Shown one piece after another: positions 25,663 through 32,000 of a stretch of DNA of 32,000 nucleotides. The notes beneath the pieces were generated by a model, which worked only from the letters and a program-made list of their open reading frames with translations, had not been told where the DNA came from and did no database searches. Positions within the stretch are counted from its first letter, which is position 1; every line of letters starts with the position of its first letter. The stretch is from Bdellovibrionales bacterium. GTDB lineage: Bacteria > Bdellovibrionota > Bdellovibrionia > Bdellovibrionales > UBA1609. The position numbers and the translations under genes are program-made. Location of the stretch: contig OY843585.1 in the NCBI GenBank assembly GCA_963692945.1, forward strand, positions 540,001 through 572,000, in the 5' to 3' direction.

Positions 25663-26847
25663 ATGTCTAAAGAAACTTTTAAACGTGATAAAGAGCATGT
25701 GAATATTGGAACAATAGGGCATGTTGATCATGGTAAAACAACTCTAACAGCGGCTATAACTTCTGTTTTAGCAAAAGCGGGTGGTGCAACGGCTATGAAA
25801 TACGACCAAATTGATAAAGCACCAGAAGAAAAAGCTCGTGGAATTACTATTTCTACGGCTCATGTTGAATATGAAACGGAAAAGCGTCATTATGCTCATG
25901 TGGATTGTCCAGGTCATGCTGATTATGTAAAAAATATGATTACAGGTGCGGCTCAAATGGATGGTGCTATTCTTGTGGTTTCTGCTACGGATGGGCCTAT
26001 GCCTCAAACAAGAGAACATATTTTATTGGCTCGTCAAGTTGGTGTTCCTGCTATAGTGGTATTTTTGAATAAGTGTGACCAAGTTGATGATAAAGAACTT
26101 CTTGATCTTGTTGAGTTAGAAGTTCGTGAGCTTTTAACAGAATATAAATTTCCAGGAAATGATATTCCTATTGTTAAAGGTTCGGCTTTAAAAGCTCTTG
26201 AAGGTGATGCTGATAGTGAAAAAACAATTTTGGATCTTATGGCTAAAGTTGATGAGTACATTCCTTGTCCAAAAAGAGATATAGAAAAATCTTTTCTTAT
26301 GCCTGTTGAGGATGTGTTTTCTATTTCAGGTCGTGGAACGGTCGTTACGGGTCGTGTGGAAAGAGGTGTTGTTAAAGTTGGTGGTGAAGTTGAAGTTGTG
26401 GGTATTCGTGAAACTAAAAAAACAACGGTTACAGGTGTTGAAATGTTTCGTAAATTACTTGATAGAGGTCAAGCTGGTGACAATGTTGGTCTTCTTCTTC
26501 GTGGTATTGAAAAAGATGATGTTGAAAGGGGTCAGGTTATTTCTGCTCCAGGAACCATCACTCCTCATAAAAAATTTAAATGTGAATGTTATATATTAAA
26601 GAAAGAGGAAGGTGGAAGACACACTCCTTTTTTTAAAGGCTACAGACCTCAGTTTTATTTTAGAACAACAGATGTAACGGGTTCTGTTCAACTTCCTAAA
26701 AATGCAGAGATGGTTAGCCCTGGTGACGATGTTCATTTAGAGGTAGAACTCATTTGTCCTATTGCTATGGAAAAGGGAGTTCGTTTTGCCGTTCGTGAAG
26801 GTGGTAGAACAGTAGGAGCTGGTATTGTTTCTGAAATTATGGAGTGA
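25663..26847 (+). CDS. tuf: Translation elongation factor Tu
   Basis: The 394-aa sequence is unmistakably EF-Tu: [10 protein letters not shown] (G1), DCPGH (G3), NKCD (G4), [30 protein letters not shown]. Confidence 0.99.
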   Translation: MSKETFKRDKEHVNIGTIGHVDHGKTTLTAAITSVLAKAGGATAMKYDQIDKAPEEKARGITISTAHVEYETEKRHYAHVDCPGHADYVKNMITGAAQMDGAILVVSATDGPMPQTREHILLARQVGVPAIVVFLNKCDQVDDKELLDLVELEVRELLTEYKFPGNDIPIVKGSALKALEGDADSEKTILDLMAKVDEYIPCPKRDIEKSFLMPVEDVFSISGRGTVVTGRVERGVVKVGGEVEVVGIRETKKTTVTGVEMFRKLLDRGQAGDNVGLLLRGIEKDDVERGQVISAPGTITPHKKFKCECYILKKEEGGRHTPFFKGYRPQFYFRTTDVTGSVQLPKNAEMVSPGDDVHLEVELICPIAMEKGVRFAVREGGRTVGAGIVSEIME

Positions 26848-26883
26848 TTTTTGATTAGATAATTTTTTAAATTATGACAAAAA

Positions 26884-26911
26884 AGAGAGGGTTTTCCCTC
26901 TCTTTTTTTTG
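26884..26911 (+). terminator. Rho-independent terminator of tuf
   Basis: A perfect 8-bp stem AGAGAGGG / CCCTCTCT with a TTTT loop is followed by a T8 run, 37 nt after the tuf stop. Confidence 0.85.
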
Positions 26912-26960
26912 TAGATATTAAGTTTTTAAGTTGTTTTTCTAAGAGAGATTTTTATCTATG

Positions 26961-27062
26961 GGTTTATGTGATTACTTTCTTTTAAGAAGGGTTAAACAAA
27001 GAAGACATGGGAAAAGTAGATGAGGTTTATGTGGTTACTTTCTTTTAAAAAGGGTTAAACAA
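26961..27062 (+). repeat. Two 39-bp direct repeats between tuf and tRNA-Trp
   Basis: GGTTTATGTG(A/G)TTACTTTCTTTTAA(G/A)AAGGGTTAAACAA occurs at 26961-26999 and 27024-27062, a 63-bp period. Confidence 0.8.
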
Positions 27063-27152
27063 TTGTAATCGTTAGAAGAAACAGGTTATTTTACGAGGAA
27101 AGAATTAAGAACTACCTGTGGTTTTTAGAATATGATAAATTTAAAAAAGTTC

Positions 27153-27228
27153 AGGGCAGTAGCTCTAATGGTAGAGCGTCGGATTCCAAATCCGTAGGTT
27201 GTGGGTTCGAGTCCTACCTGCCCTGCCA
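27153..27228 (+). tRNA. tRNA-Trp (anticodon CCA)
   Basis: A cloverleaf folds by hand: acceptor AGGGCAG/CTGCCCT, D arm GCTC-TAATGGTA-GAGC, anticodon arm TCGGA-TTCCAAA-TCCGT, T arm GTGGG-TTCGAGT-CCTAC, discriminator G, encoded CCA. Confidence 0.95.
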
Positions 27229-27324
27229 TCGCTTTGTTATAATAGATTTTTACGAGTATAAACCATAAAAACCTTAATGGTTTCAATAGTTTATAAGAAT
27301 AAAATTTAATTTACTAATTTTATT

Positions 27325-27436
27325 TTCAATCACATTCAATCACATTCAGTCACGTTCAAAACAGGTTAAGGGCAACACTTTCAAGCTGTCCCTAAAACCC
27401 TTTGTTGTCCCTAAGCTGTCCCTCTAAGCTGTCCCT
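27325..27436 (+). repeat. Two sets of short direct repeats just 3' of tRNA-Trp
   Basis: TTCA(A/G)TCAC(A/G) occurs three times in tandem (27325-27356). AAGCTGTCCCT occurs three times (27383, 27413, 27426), plus a variant GTTGTCCCT at 27404. Confidence 0.75.
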
Positions 27437-27555
27437 CAATTTTTCTGAAACATTTATAAAACTTATGGTTTTTCTATTTTAAAAATATTGAATTAAGAGA
27501 AGCTGTTGTCCTTTTACATAATAAAAAACTAGGTGAATGATTAAACTATACCTTT

Positions 27556-28842
27556 TTAAGCTGCTTTCTGTTTAGCTTGGTTGATTTTGTCTATAAATCC
27601 GACTTCCTGCAATTCAATAGAATAGCCGTCTTGAGTTATTGTGTTAGAAAAATTAACCACAGATTGAGGAAATTCTTTTGCTATTAAAACCCCTATATTT
27701 TTCCTTTGTGCAACCATAACCCCTAAAAGTTCTCTAATATGCTTAACTTGTCCTTTGGATTTTTTAACTTGCATTATTGCTCCGTCTTTAATTCTAATTC
27801 CGTCAATGCCCCCGTCATTTGATTGGTATGGATTTGGTGTTCCCTCAGCTTTTAAAATACATTCAGTTTGAAATTCTTTATCATTTAATTTATAGATATC
27901 TTTTGGTATTTTATTAAAAGATTTAAAATCTCTTTTGCTTTTTCTAATTCCAAGTTTCAATAACTTTTTTTGAATAGAGGCTATAGCATCTTCCTGTGCA
28001 TCACATCCAATAAAATATCTTCCTTCTTTATGGCAAGCTTCTATAGTTGAACCACATCCACAGAAAAAATCAGCAACTTTATCATTTTTATTTGTAAATG
28101 CTTTGATTAGAGTTTGTATTAAAGGAGCAGGTTTTTCAGTAGGATAAAGTTTTTCAGTTGTAGCCACATCAGGATGATTAAAAACATCTCTAGCATTAAC
28201 TAAGTTATATGTCCTTCCATACCTATCTTTTTGGTACTGAACTTTTCCACCATGTCCACCACCACTTTTTGTATAAGACCTTTCTTTATCTGGTGGATTC
28301 CAAATATAATCTTCTGTTTTTCTATAAACTAAAATTGTTTGATGTGACCCTGCAAATTTCTTTCCACCATTCTTTGCTTTCTTATACCAAATTATTTCAT
28401 TTAAAAAATGCTTCTTATGACCTCTATCTCTATCTCCATAACCAAAGATTTCATCTAAAATACATTTAACATAATGAACGGCATTATGATCTAAATGCAC
28501 ACATAAAATACCTTTATCATCTAAAAGCCTATGACAGTGATTTAGTCTTGGTTTAATATACTCAAGATATCCTTGTATGCCTGTTCCATAACTATCATGG
28601 TAACCAACCACTTTTTTAGCCCAATTCTTTCCATCTGTTTTTATATCAAACTTACTTGCACTTGGTTTATTTATTGTTTGTTTTCTTCTAGTATTAAATG
28701 GAGGGTCAATGTATATAAGTCTAAACTCTTTATCTTTTCTTAAAGACATAAACTTAAGGTTTTCAGCTTTCCAAACTTCAATTTTATCTGCCATAAAAAA
28801 TAAGTCGGATTGATTAAGCTGCACTCTTGAGTCCTTTTTCAA
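27556..28842 (-). CDS. Beta-class N6-adenine/N4-cytosine DNA methyltransferase fused to a C-terminal Mrr-like (PD-(D/E)xK) restriction endonuclease domain
   Basis: Motif IV IYIDPPFN comes before motif I VADFFCGCGSTIEACHKEGRYFIGCD, which is the beta-class order. The C-terminal ~110 aa has NDGGIDGIRIKDGAIMQVKKSKGQV...IGVLIA, matching the DgGiDg...vQvK core of Mrr_cat nucleases. The track start is TTG at 28842; an ATG at 28794 is an alternative. Confidence 0.8.
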   Translation of the reverse strand: MKKDSRVQLNQSDLFFMADKIEVWKAENLKFMSLRKDKEFRLIYIDPPFNTRRKQTINKPSASKFDIKTDGKNWAKKVVGYHDSYGTGIQGYLEYIKPRLNHCHRLLDDKGILCVHLDHNAVHYVKCILDEIFGYGDRDRGHKKHFLNEIIWYKKAKNGGKKFAGSHQTILVYRKTEDYIWNPPDKERSYTKSGGGHGGKVQYQKDRYGRTYNLVNARDVFNHPDVATTEKLYPTEKPAPLIQTLIKAFTNKNDKVADFFCGCGSTIEACHKEGRYFIGCDAQEDAIASIQKKLLKLGIRKSKRDFKSFNKIPKDIYKLNDKEFQTECILKAEGTPNPYQSNDGGIDGIRIKDGAIMQVKKSKGQVKHIRELLGVMVAQRKNIGVLIAKEFPQSVVNFSNTITQDGYSIELQEVGFIDKINQAKQKAA

Positions 28843-29017
28843 ACTTAGAGTTAAAACTAGACTTTAGAAGCTCAAGATTAAGCTGTAGTCTTTCTAAGTC
28901 TCTATCAATCATATTTATTTCATAATTCCCTTTATCCAATATAAAGGTAATTTCATTTAGATATCTACGGCAAGTGCTTATAGACCAATGGTGGTAAATA
29001 CATAAGTATAAAGCCAC
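28814..29017 (-). CDS. Small ORF with a partial HTH-like segment (WSISTCRRYLNE); possibly a remnant or controller-like
   Basis: The 67-aa ORF has a GTG start and lies directly upstream of the MTase-nuclease gene. Only one HTH-like stretch is recognisable. Support is weak. Confidence 0.25.
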   Translation of the reverse strand: MALYLCIYHHWSISTCRRYLNEITFILDKGNYEINMIDRDLERLQLNLELLKSSFNSKFEKGLKSAA

Positions 29018-29038
29018 TTGCTATTTAATTTTTGATTT

Positions 29039-29236
29039 ATGCATAATGTTCCAGTTCTAAAATCATTACCCTCTAATGAATCTGTTGAATACTATGAGAC
29101 AGCTATTGATCTGATCTTTTTAGTTGTGAGAAATCAGATTCTTGAAAACTTTTTCTGGAATCATCTGAATACATATAGAGAGTATGTAAAAGAATGCATA
29201 AAAAGAGATAAAAATATAGAAACCCGTGTCGGCTAA
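29039..29236 (+). CDS. Hypothetical small protein
   Basis: The 65-aa ORF has an ATG start but no recognisable motif or clear RBS. Confidence 0.25.
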   Translation: MHNVPVLKSLPSNESVEYYETAIDLIFLVVRNQILENFFWNHLNTYREYVKECIKRDKNIETRVG

Positions 29237-29965
29237 TCTTTTAAATAGTTTGAACTCTTAGGTTGTAAATCTTAGGCACTAACCTAGCTATTTGGTCGTT
29301 ATTTTGAAAGTTTCAATTAAAGCACTTTATACATCTACCTATTGTTAAAAAATGTCAAATTTGGCAGTATTTCTTTAATTCTAGAGGCTTTACTTCAAAA
29401 ACTCATATAGTCATCTCTTAAATTGCCAAGCCAGATGTTAGTTTTGATATTTCTTTATAAGCTATTTATTTTTCCACTCTCTTATCAAATAGGATGCAAT
29501 AATACCTACTACAATAGTAAGGAATATATGTTCTCCACCTCTATATGAATCATCTATTGCTAAACCAATCCAACCGCCAAAAAAAGTTATTAAAAAATAA
29601 ACAACTCTAATTTTATTATTTATTTTTTGGCTCCTTTAATTATTTCACTATCCTTTCTATACCCCTGATGTACAAGTTCGTCTCTAAATTGTGCTTCACC
29701 AGTTCCTTCACAACTTTGCTCAAAAATTACACCAAACCACAGTTAGTTGTAGTGAGAGCTTTTTCTAGCTGGTAATTTTTAATTTTGTAAATTCATGGTT
29801 TTTTTCTTTCAAAAAGGCTCAAAAAGTGATTCTTACTTTTTCTCCGAACCACTAAAAAGGCTCAAATCATGGTTTTATACGATTAATTCTTTATTAGTAA
29901 TTATAGGCTTTCAAACCATTGATTTTACTTGGTTTTTTTCAAATTAAAATTCGCTACTAACTTCT

Positions 29966-30022
29966 TACTAATAAAATTTTAGCTTTACTAACATCCTACT
30001 AATAAAATTTTGACTTTACTAA
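29966..30022 (+). promoter_or_regulatory. Two 26-bp direct repeats (TACTAATAAAATTTT(AG/GA)CTTTACTAA) upstream of the ATPase gene; candidate operator or promoter
   Basis: Copies lie at 29966-29991 and 29997-30022, a 31-bp period. Additional TACTAA/GCTAATAA half-sites flank them. They abut the first in-frame ATG (30026) of the ORF. Confidence 0.45.
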
Positions 30023-30064
30023 TAAATGCTAATAACCTCAAAACTTCTAAAAATCGGTGTTTTT

Positions 30065-31354
30065 ATGAAAAATAATCCTTTCAATCCAAATTCAGTAGTT
30101 CAACCTCGATTATTTGCTGGACGTGACAGCCAAATACTCCATGTTGTTCGGAAAATGGCTCAAGTTCAAGATAAGATGCCCTCAAGTTTTGTGATTTCTG
30201 GAGAACGAGGTATTGGAAAAACGGCTCTAGCTAAACTTATAATGTTTATTTCTCAGCAAAAAAATAAAAATCTTGAAAACTTAAATTTTTTAACAACCTA
30301 TTATGCTGTAGAAAAAGATCAACCCTTTCATTCTGTTCTTCAATCTTCTCTTAATTTATTAACAGATCAACTCCCTAAGCCAGCTATAGATAGGCTTAAT
30401 TCTCATTTAGGTAGTTTTTTTAAAGAAGGTAAATTTTCACTTGGTGCCTTTGGCGTTAAAATGGAAATTGATAAGACTTCAAAAAAATCTTTAGAAGATA
30501 ATATGTATCTTAAGGATCAAGCTATATCCATACTTACAAATATCCTTAAAGGAATAGAAGAAGATAAAACAAATAATACTTCTTCAGATGGAATTCTTAT
30601 TATCTTAGATGAAATTCATAATGTTAAAAATATTGATGGTGTTGCTCAAATTTTAAGAAGTGTCATAACTACTTTAGATATGAATGGACATGGAAATATT
30701 GCTTTTTTAATTATTAGTTATCCTGAAGCAGTTAAGAAATTTTTTAAAGGTGATCCTTCTGCTAAAAGAAGTTTTGATATGTTGCCTTTAGGAATAATGC
30801 CAGATAATGAGACAGAAAAAATATTAACCAAAGGATTTGATCAATCTGGAATCAAATATGATAAATTACTTATTAGCAATAATATAAATAAAGCAGGTGG
30901 ATACCCCCATTCCATTCAAGTTTTAGGACATAATCTAGTTGAAGTTGATAGTGACAACTATATTGATCAAGAGGATTGGACAAAGTCTATACAGAAAACA
31001 GCTTTGGAACTTCAACATAAAGACTTTTCAAATCTCTATAGTTTTAATGGAAAAATTAGACAAAGAGACGAGTTACTAAATATTTTAGCTCTAATGCCAA
31101 AACCTGTATTAAAATCTGATTTAGCAAAGGAGTTTAATAAAGAAAAGAAAAATATATATGCAAATTCCTGTCTTCCTGAATTAAAAAATGCAGGAGCTGT
31201 GAGAGAAGATCCAGAAACAGGGCTGCTTTCTTTACAATCTTACCTATTTAAATCAGCTATTAGCCTACATATAGCCTCTCAATCGGAAGAGAAAAAATTA
31301 AAATCAAAATGGTATCTTGTGTATCAAAAATTATCAGAAGCAAAAGAGATATAG
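30065..31354 (+). CDS. AAA+ ATPase of the Orc1/Cdc6 / Arch_ATPase type with a probable C-terminal winged-helix
   Basis: The start is preferred at 30065 (MKNNPFNPNSVVQPRLFAGRDSQ), matching the NPF.P..PV....F.GR.. opening typical of this family. Walker A is GERGIGKTALA and Walker B is ILIILDEIH. The C-terminal ~100 aa (RDELLNILALMPKPVLKSDLAKEF...LKNAGAV) looks like a wHTH. The track ORF starts at 30026. Confidence 0.75.
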   Translation: MKNNPFNPNSVVQPRLFAGRDSQILHVVRKMAQVQDKMPSSFVISGERGIGKTALAKLIMFISQQKNKNLENLNFLTTYYAVEKDQPFHSVLQSSLNLLTDQLPKPAIDRLNSHLGSFFKEGKFSLGAFGVKMEIDKTSKKSLEDNMYLKDQAISILTNILKGIEEDKTNNTSSDGILIILDEIHNVKNIDGVAQILRSVITTLDMNGHGNIAFLIISYPEAVKKFFKGDPSAKRSFDMLPLGIMPDNETEKILTKGFDQSGIKYDKLLISNNINKAGGYPHSIQVLGHNLVEVDSDNYIDQEDWTKSIQKTALELQHKDFSNLYSFNGKIRQRDELLNILALMPKPVLKSDLAKEFNKEKKNIYANSCLPELKNAGAVREDPETGLLSLQSYLFKSAISLHIASQSEEKKLKSKWYLVYQKLSEAKEI

Positions 31355-31450
31355 TAGATTTGGTGCAAAATTAATCATCCCTTTTATTGCTAATGCAGAC
31401 AATCTTCCACTTGCTTTAATATTAAAAGCATAGTGAGGAGGTTTTCGCAA

Positions 31451-31516
31451 ATGGTATTTTTATCTATAGAAAAAACTTCAAGTCCTAGTTCGTGGTTACC
31501 GATAGAGAAAATATGA
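31451..31516 (+). CDS. Candidate 21-codon leader ORF translationally coupled to the pentapeptide-repeat gene
   Basis: A strong SD GGAGG (31437-31441) lies 9 nt before the ATG. The peptide is MVFLSIEKTSSPSSWLPIEKI*. Its TGA (31514-31516) overlaps the downstream ATG (31513-31515), and that gene lacks its own SD. Confidence 0.3.
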   Translation: MVFLSIEKTSSPSSWLPIEKI

Positions 31517-32000
31517 AACTCTTTACTTTCTTAATCTTTTTATTTTTACTTACACCATTTCATGAAAGCGAGGCATTTCATAATAAAAAAACTCCCTATA
31601 AAAAAATATGTGATAGTCCATGCACTAAAAAGGATTTAAAAGGAAAGGACTTTAAACATGCTGATCTTGAAATGGCTAATCTTCCTAAAGCGAATCTTTC
31701 AGGTGTCAATTTTACAAATGCAAATTTTTTTAAAGCGAAACTTCCAGGGGCTAAACTGAAGGAGGCTAATCTTCATGGTGCTAATGGTAGAAAATCTGAT
31801 TTTTCAGGAGCTGATCTTGAAAAAGCTAGTCTTTATGGAGCAAATTTTTCAGGATCTAATTTTGAAAATGCAAATTTTTTTAAAGCGAATTTGGAAAAGG
31901 CTAGTCTTTTTTGGACTAATTTTAAGGGAACCAATTTTCAAGGAGCTAATCTTCAAGGAGCTAATCTTTTTTGGACTATTTCATCAAAAGAAACTGATTT
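31513..32000 (+). CDS. Secreted pentapeptide-repeat protein (partial, runs off the window end)
   Basis: I translated this by hand: MKLFTFLIFLFLLTPFHESEA (signal peptide), then repeats of A(N/D)LxG such as ANLSGVNFTNANFFKAKLPGAKLKEANLHGANG...ADLEKASLYGANFSGSNFENANFFKANLEKASL. No stop occurs before position 32000. It is absent from the ORF track because it is open-ended. Confidence 0.8.
   Translation, partial: MKLFTFLIFLFLLTPFHESEAFHNKKTPYKKICDSPCTKKDLKGKDFKHADLEMANLPKANLSGVNFTNANFFKAKLPGAKLKEANLHGANGRKSDFSGADLEKASLYGANFSGSNFENANFFKANLEKASLFWTNFKGTNFQGANLQGANLFWTISSKETD

Noticed and set aside
25768-26599. ORFs 25768..26019 (-), 26034..26261 (-) and 26306..26599 (+) inside tuf
   Set aside because: They overlap the unambiguous EF-Tu frame and are spurious.
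29462-29623. Minus-strand reading frame encoding a hydrophobic ~53-aa peptide (..VVYFLITFFGGWIGLAIDDSYRGGEHIFLTIVVGIIASYLIREWKNK*) behind an AAGGAG at 29631-29636
   Set aside because: No ATG, GTG or TTG start is in frame after the SD; only ATA or ATT is available. It might be a small membrane or toxin-like peptide but is unsupported.
27229-32000. Calling the post-tRNA-Trp segment a defined mobile element or prophage
   Set aside because: No integrase, transposase, phage structural gene or second att repeat is visible in the window, so only an island hypothesis is reported.

Overview
The window is AT-rich bacterial DNA. Mla lipid-transport genes and type IV pilin genes point to a diderm; an Oligoflexia/Bdellovibrionota-like origin is only a guess. 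Recognisable core genes are tuf, ssrA (tmRNA), HU, an mlaEFD-like operon, an HPF-like gene, a DUF721/DciA-like gene, and tRNA-Gly(UCC), tRNA-Thr(GGU) and tRNA-Trp(CCA). The tRNA order resembles the conserved glyT-thrT-tuf-(tRNA-Trp)-secE backbone, but accessory DNA interrupts it in three places.

(1) About 8.9 kb lies between tRNA-Gly and tRNA-Thr. It carries a minus-strand type IV (pseudo)pilin operon. Its first gene encodes a 1,494-aa membrane-anchored protein with 14 RCC1 propeller blades and an in-frame C9 homopolymer.

(2) About 1.8 kb lies between tRNA-Thr and tuf. It carries two paralogous Cys-rich secreted proteins, next to a 73-bp unit repeated three times that contains the tRNA-Thr 3' end.

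(3) At least 4.8 kb lies after tRNA-Trp. It carries a beta-class DNA methyltransferase fused to an Mrr-like nuclease domain, an Orc1/Cdc6-like AAA+ ATPase, and a pentapeptide-repeat protein.

The left 8 kb is a co-directional cluster. It contains a 2,591-bp tandem duplication giving two radical SAM paralogs with an N-terminal twitch/SPASM-like Cys domain. The other genes are a kinase-like lipoprotein, an HTTM-like membrane protein, an AspH/LpxO-like oxygenase, a PLP enzyme and a methyltransferase-like protein.

A modular hairpin-forming intergenic repeat family, bounded by CAAAACTCTAGTTC/GAACTAGAGTTTTG inverted repeats, occurs at four or more loci. One locus is a ~516-bp nested array that looks like CRISPR but is not. 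All product calls come from motif reading by eye; no database search was possible.
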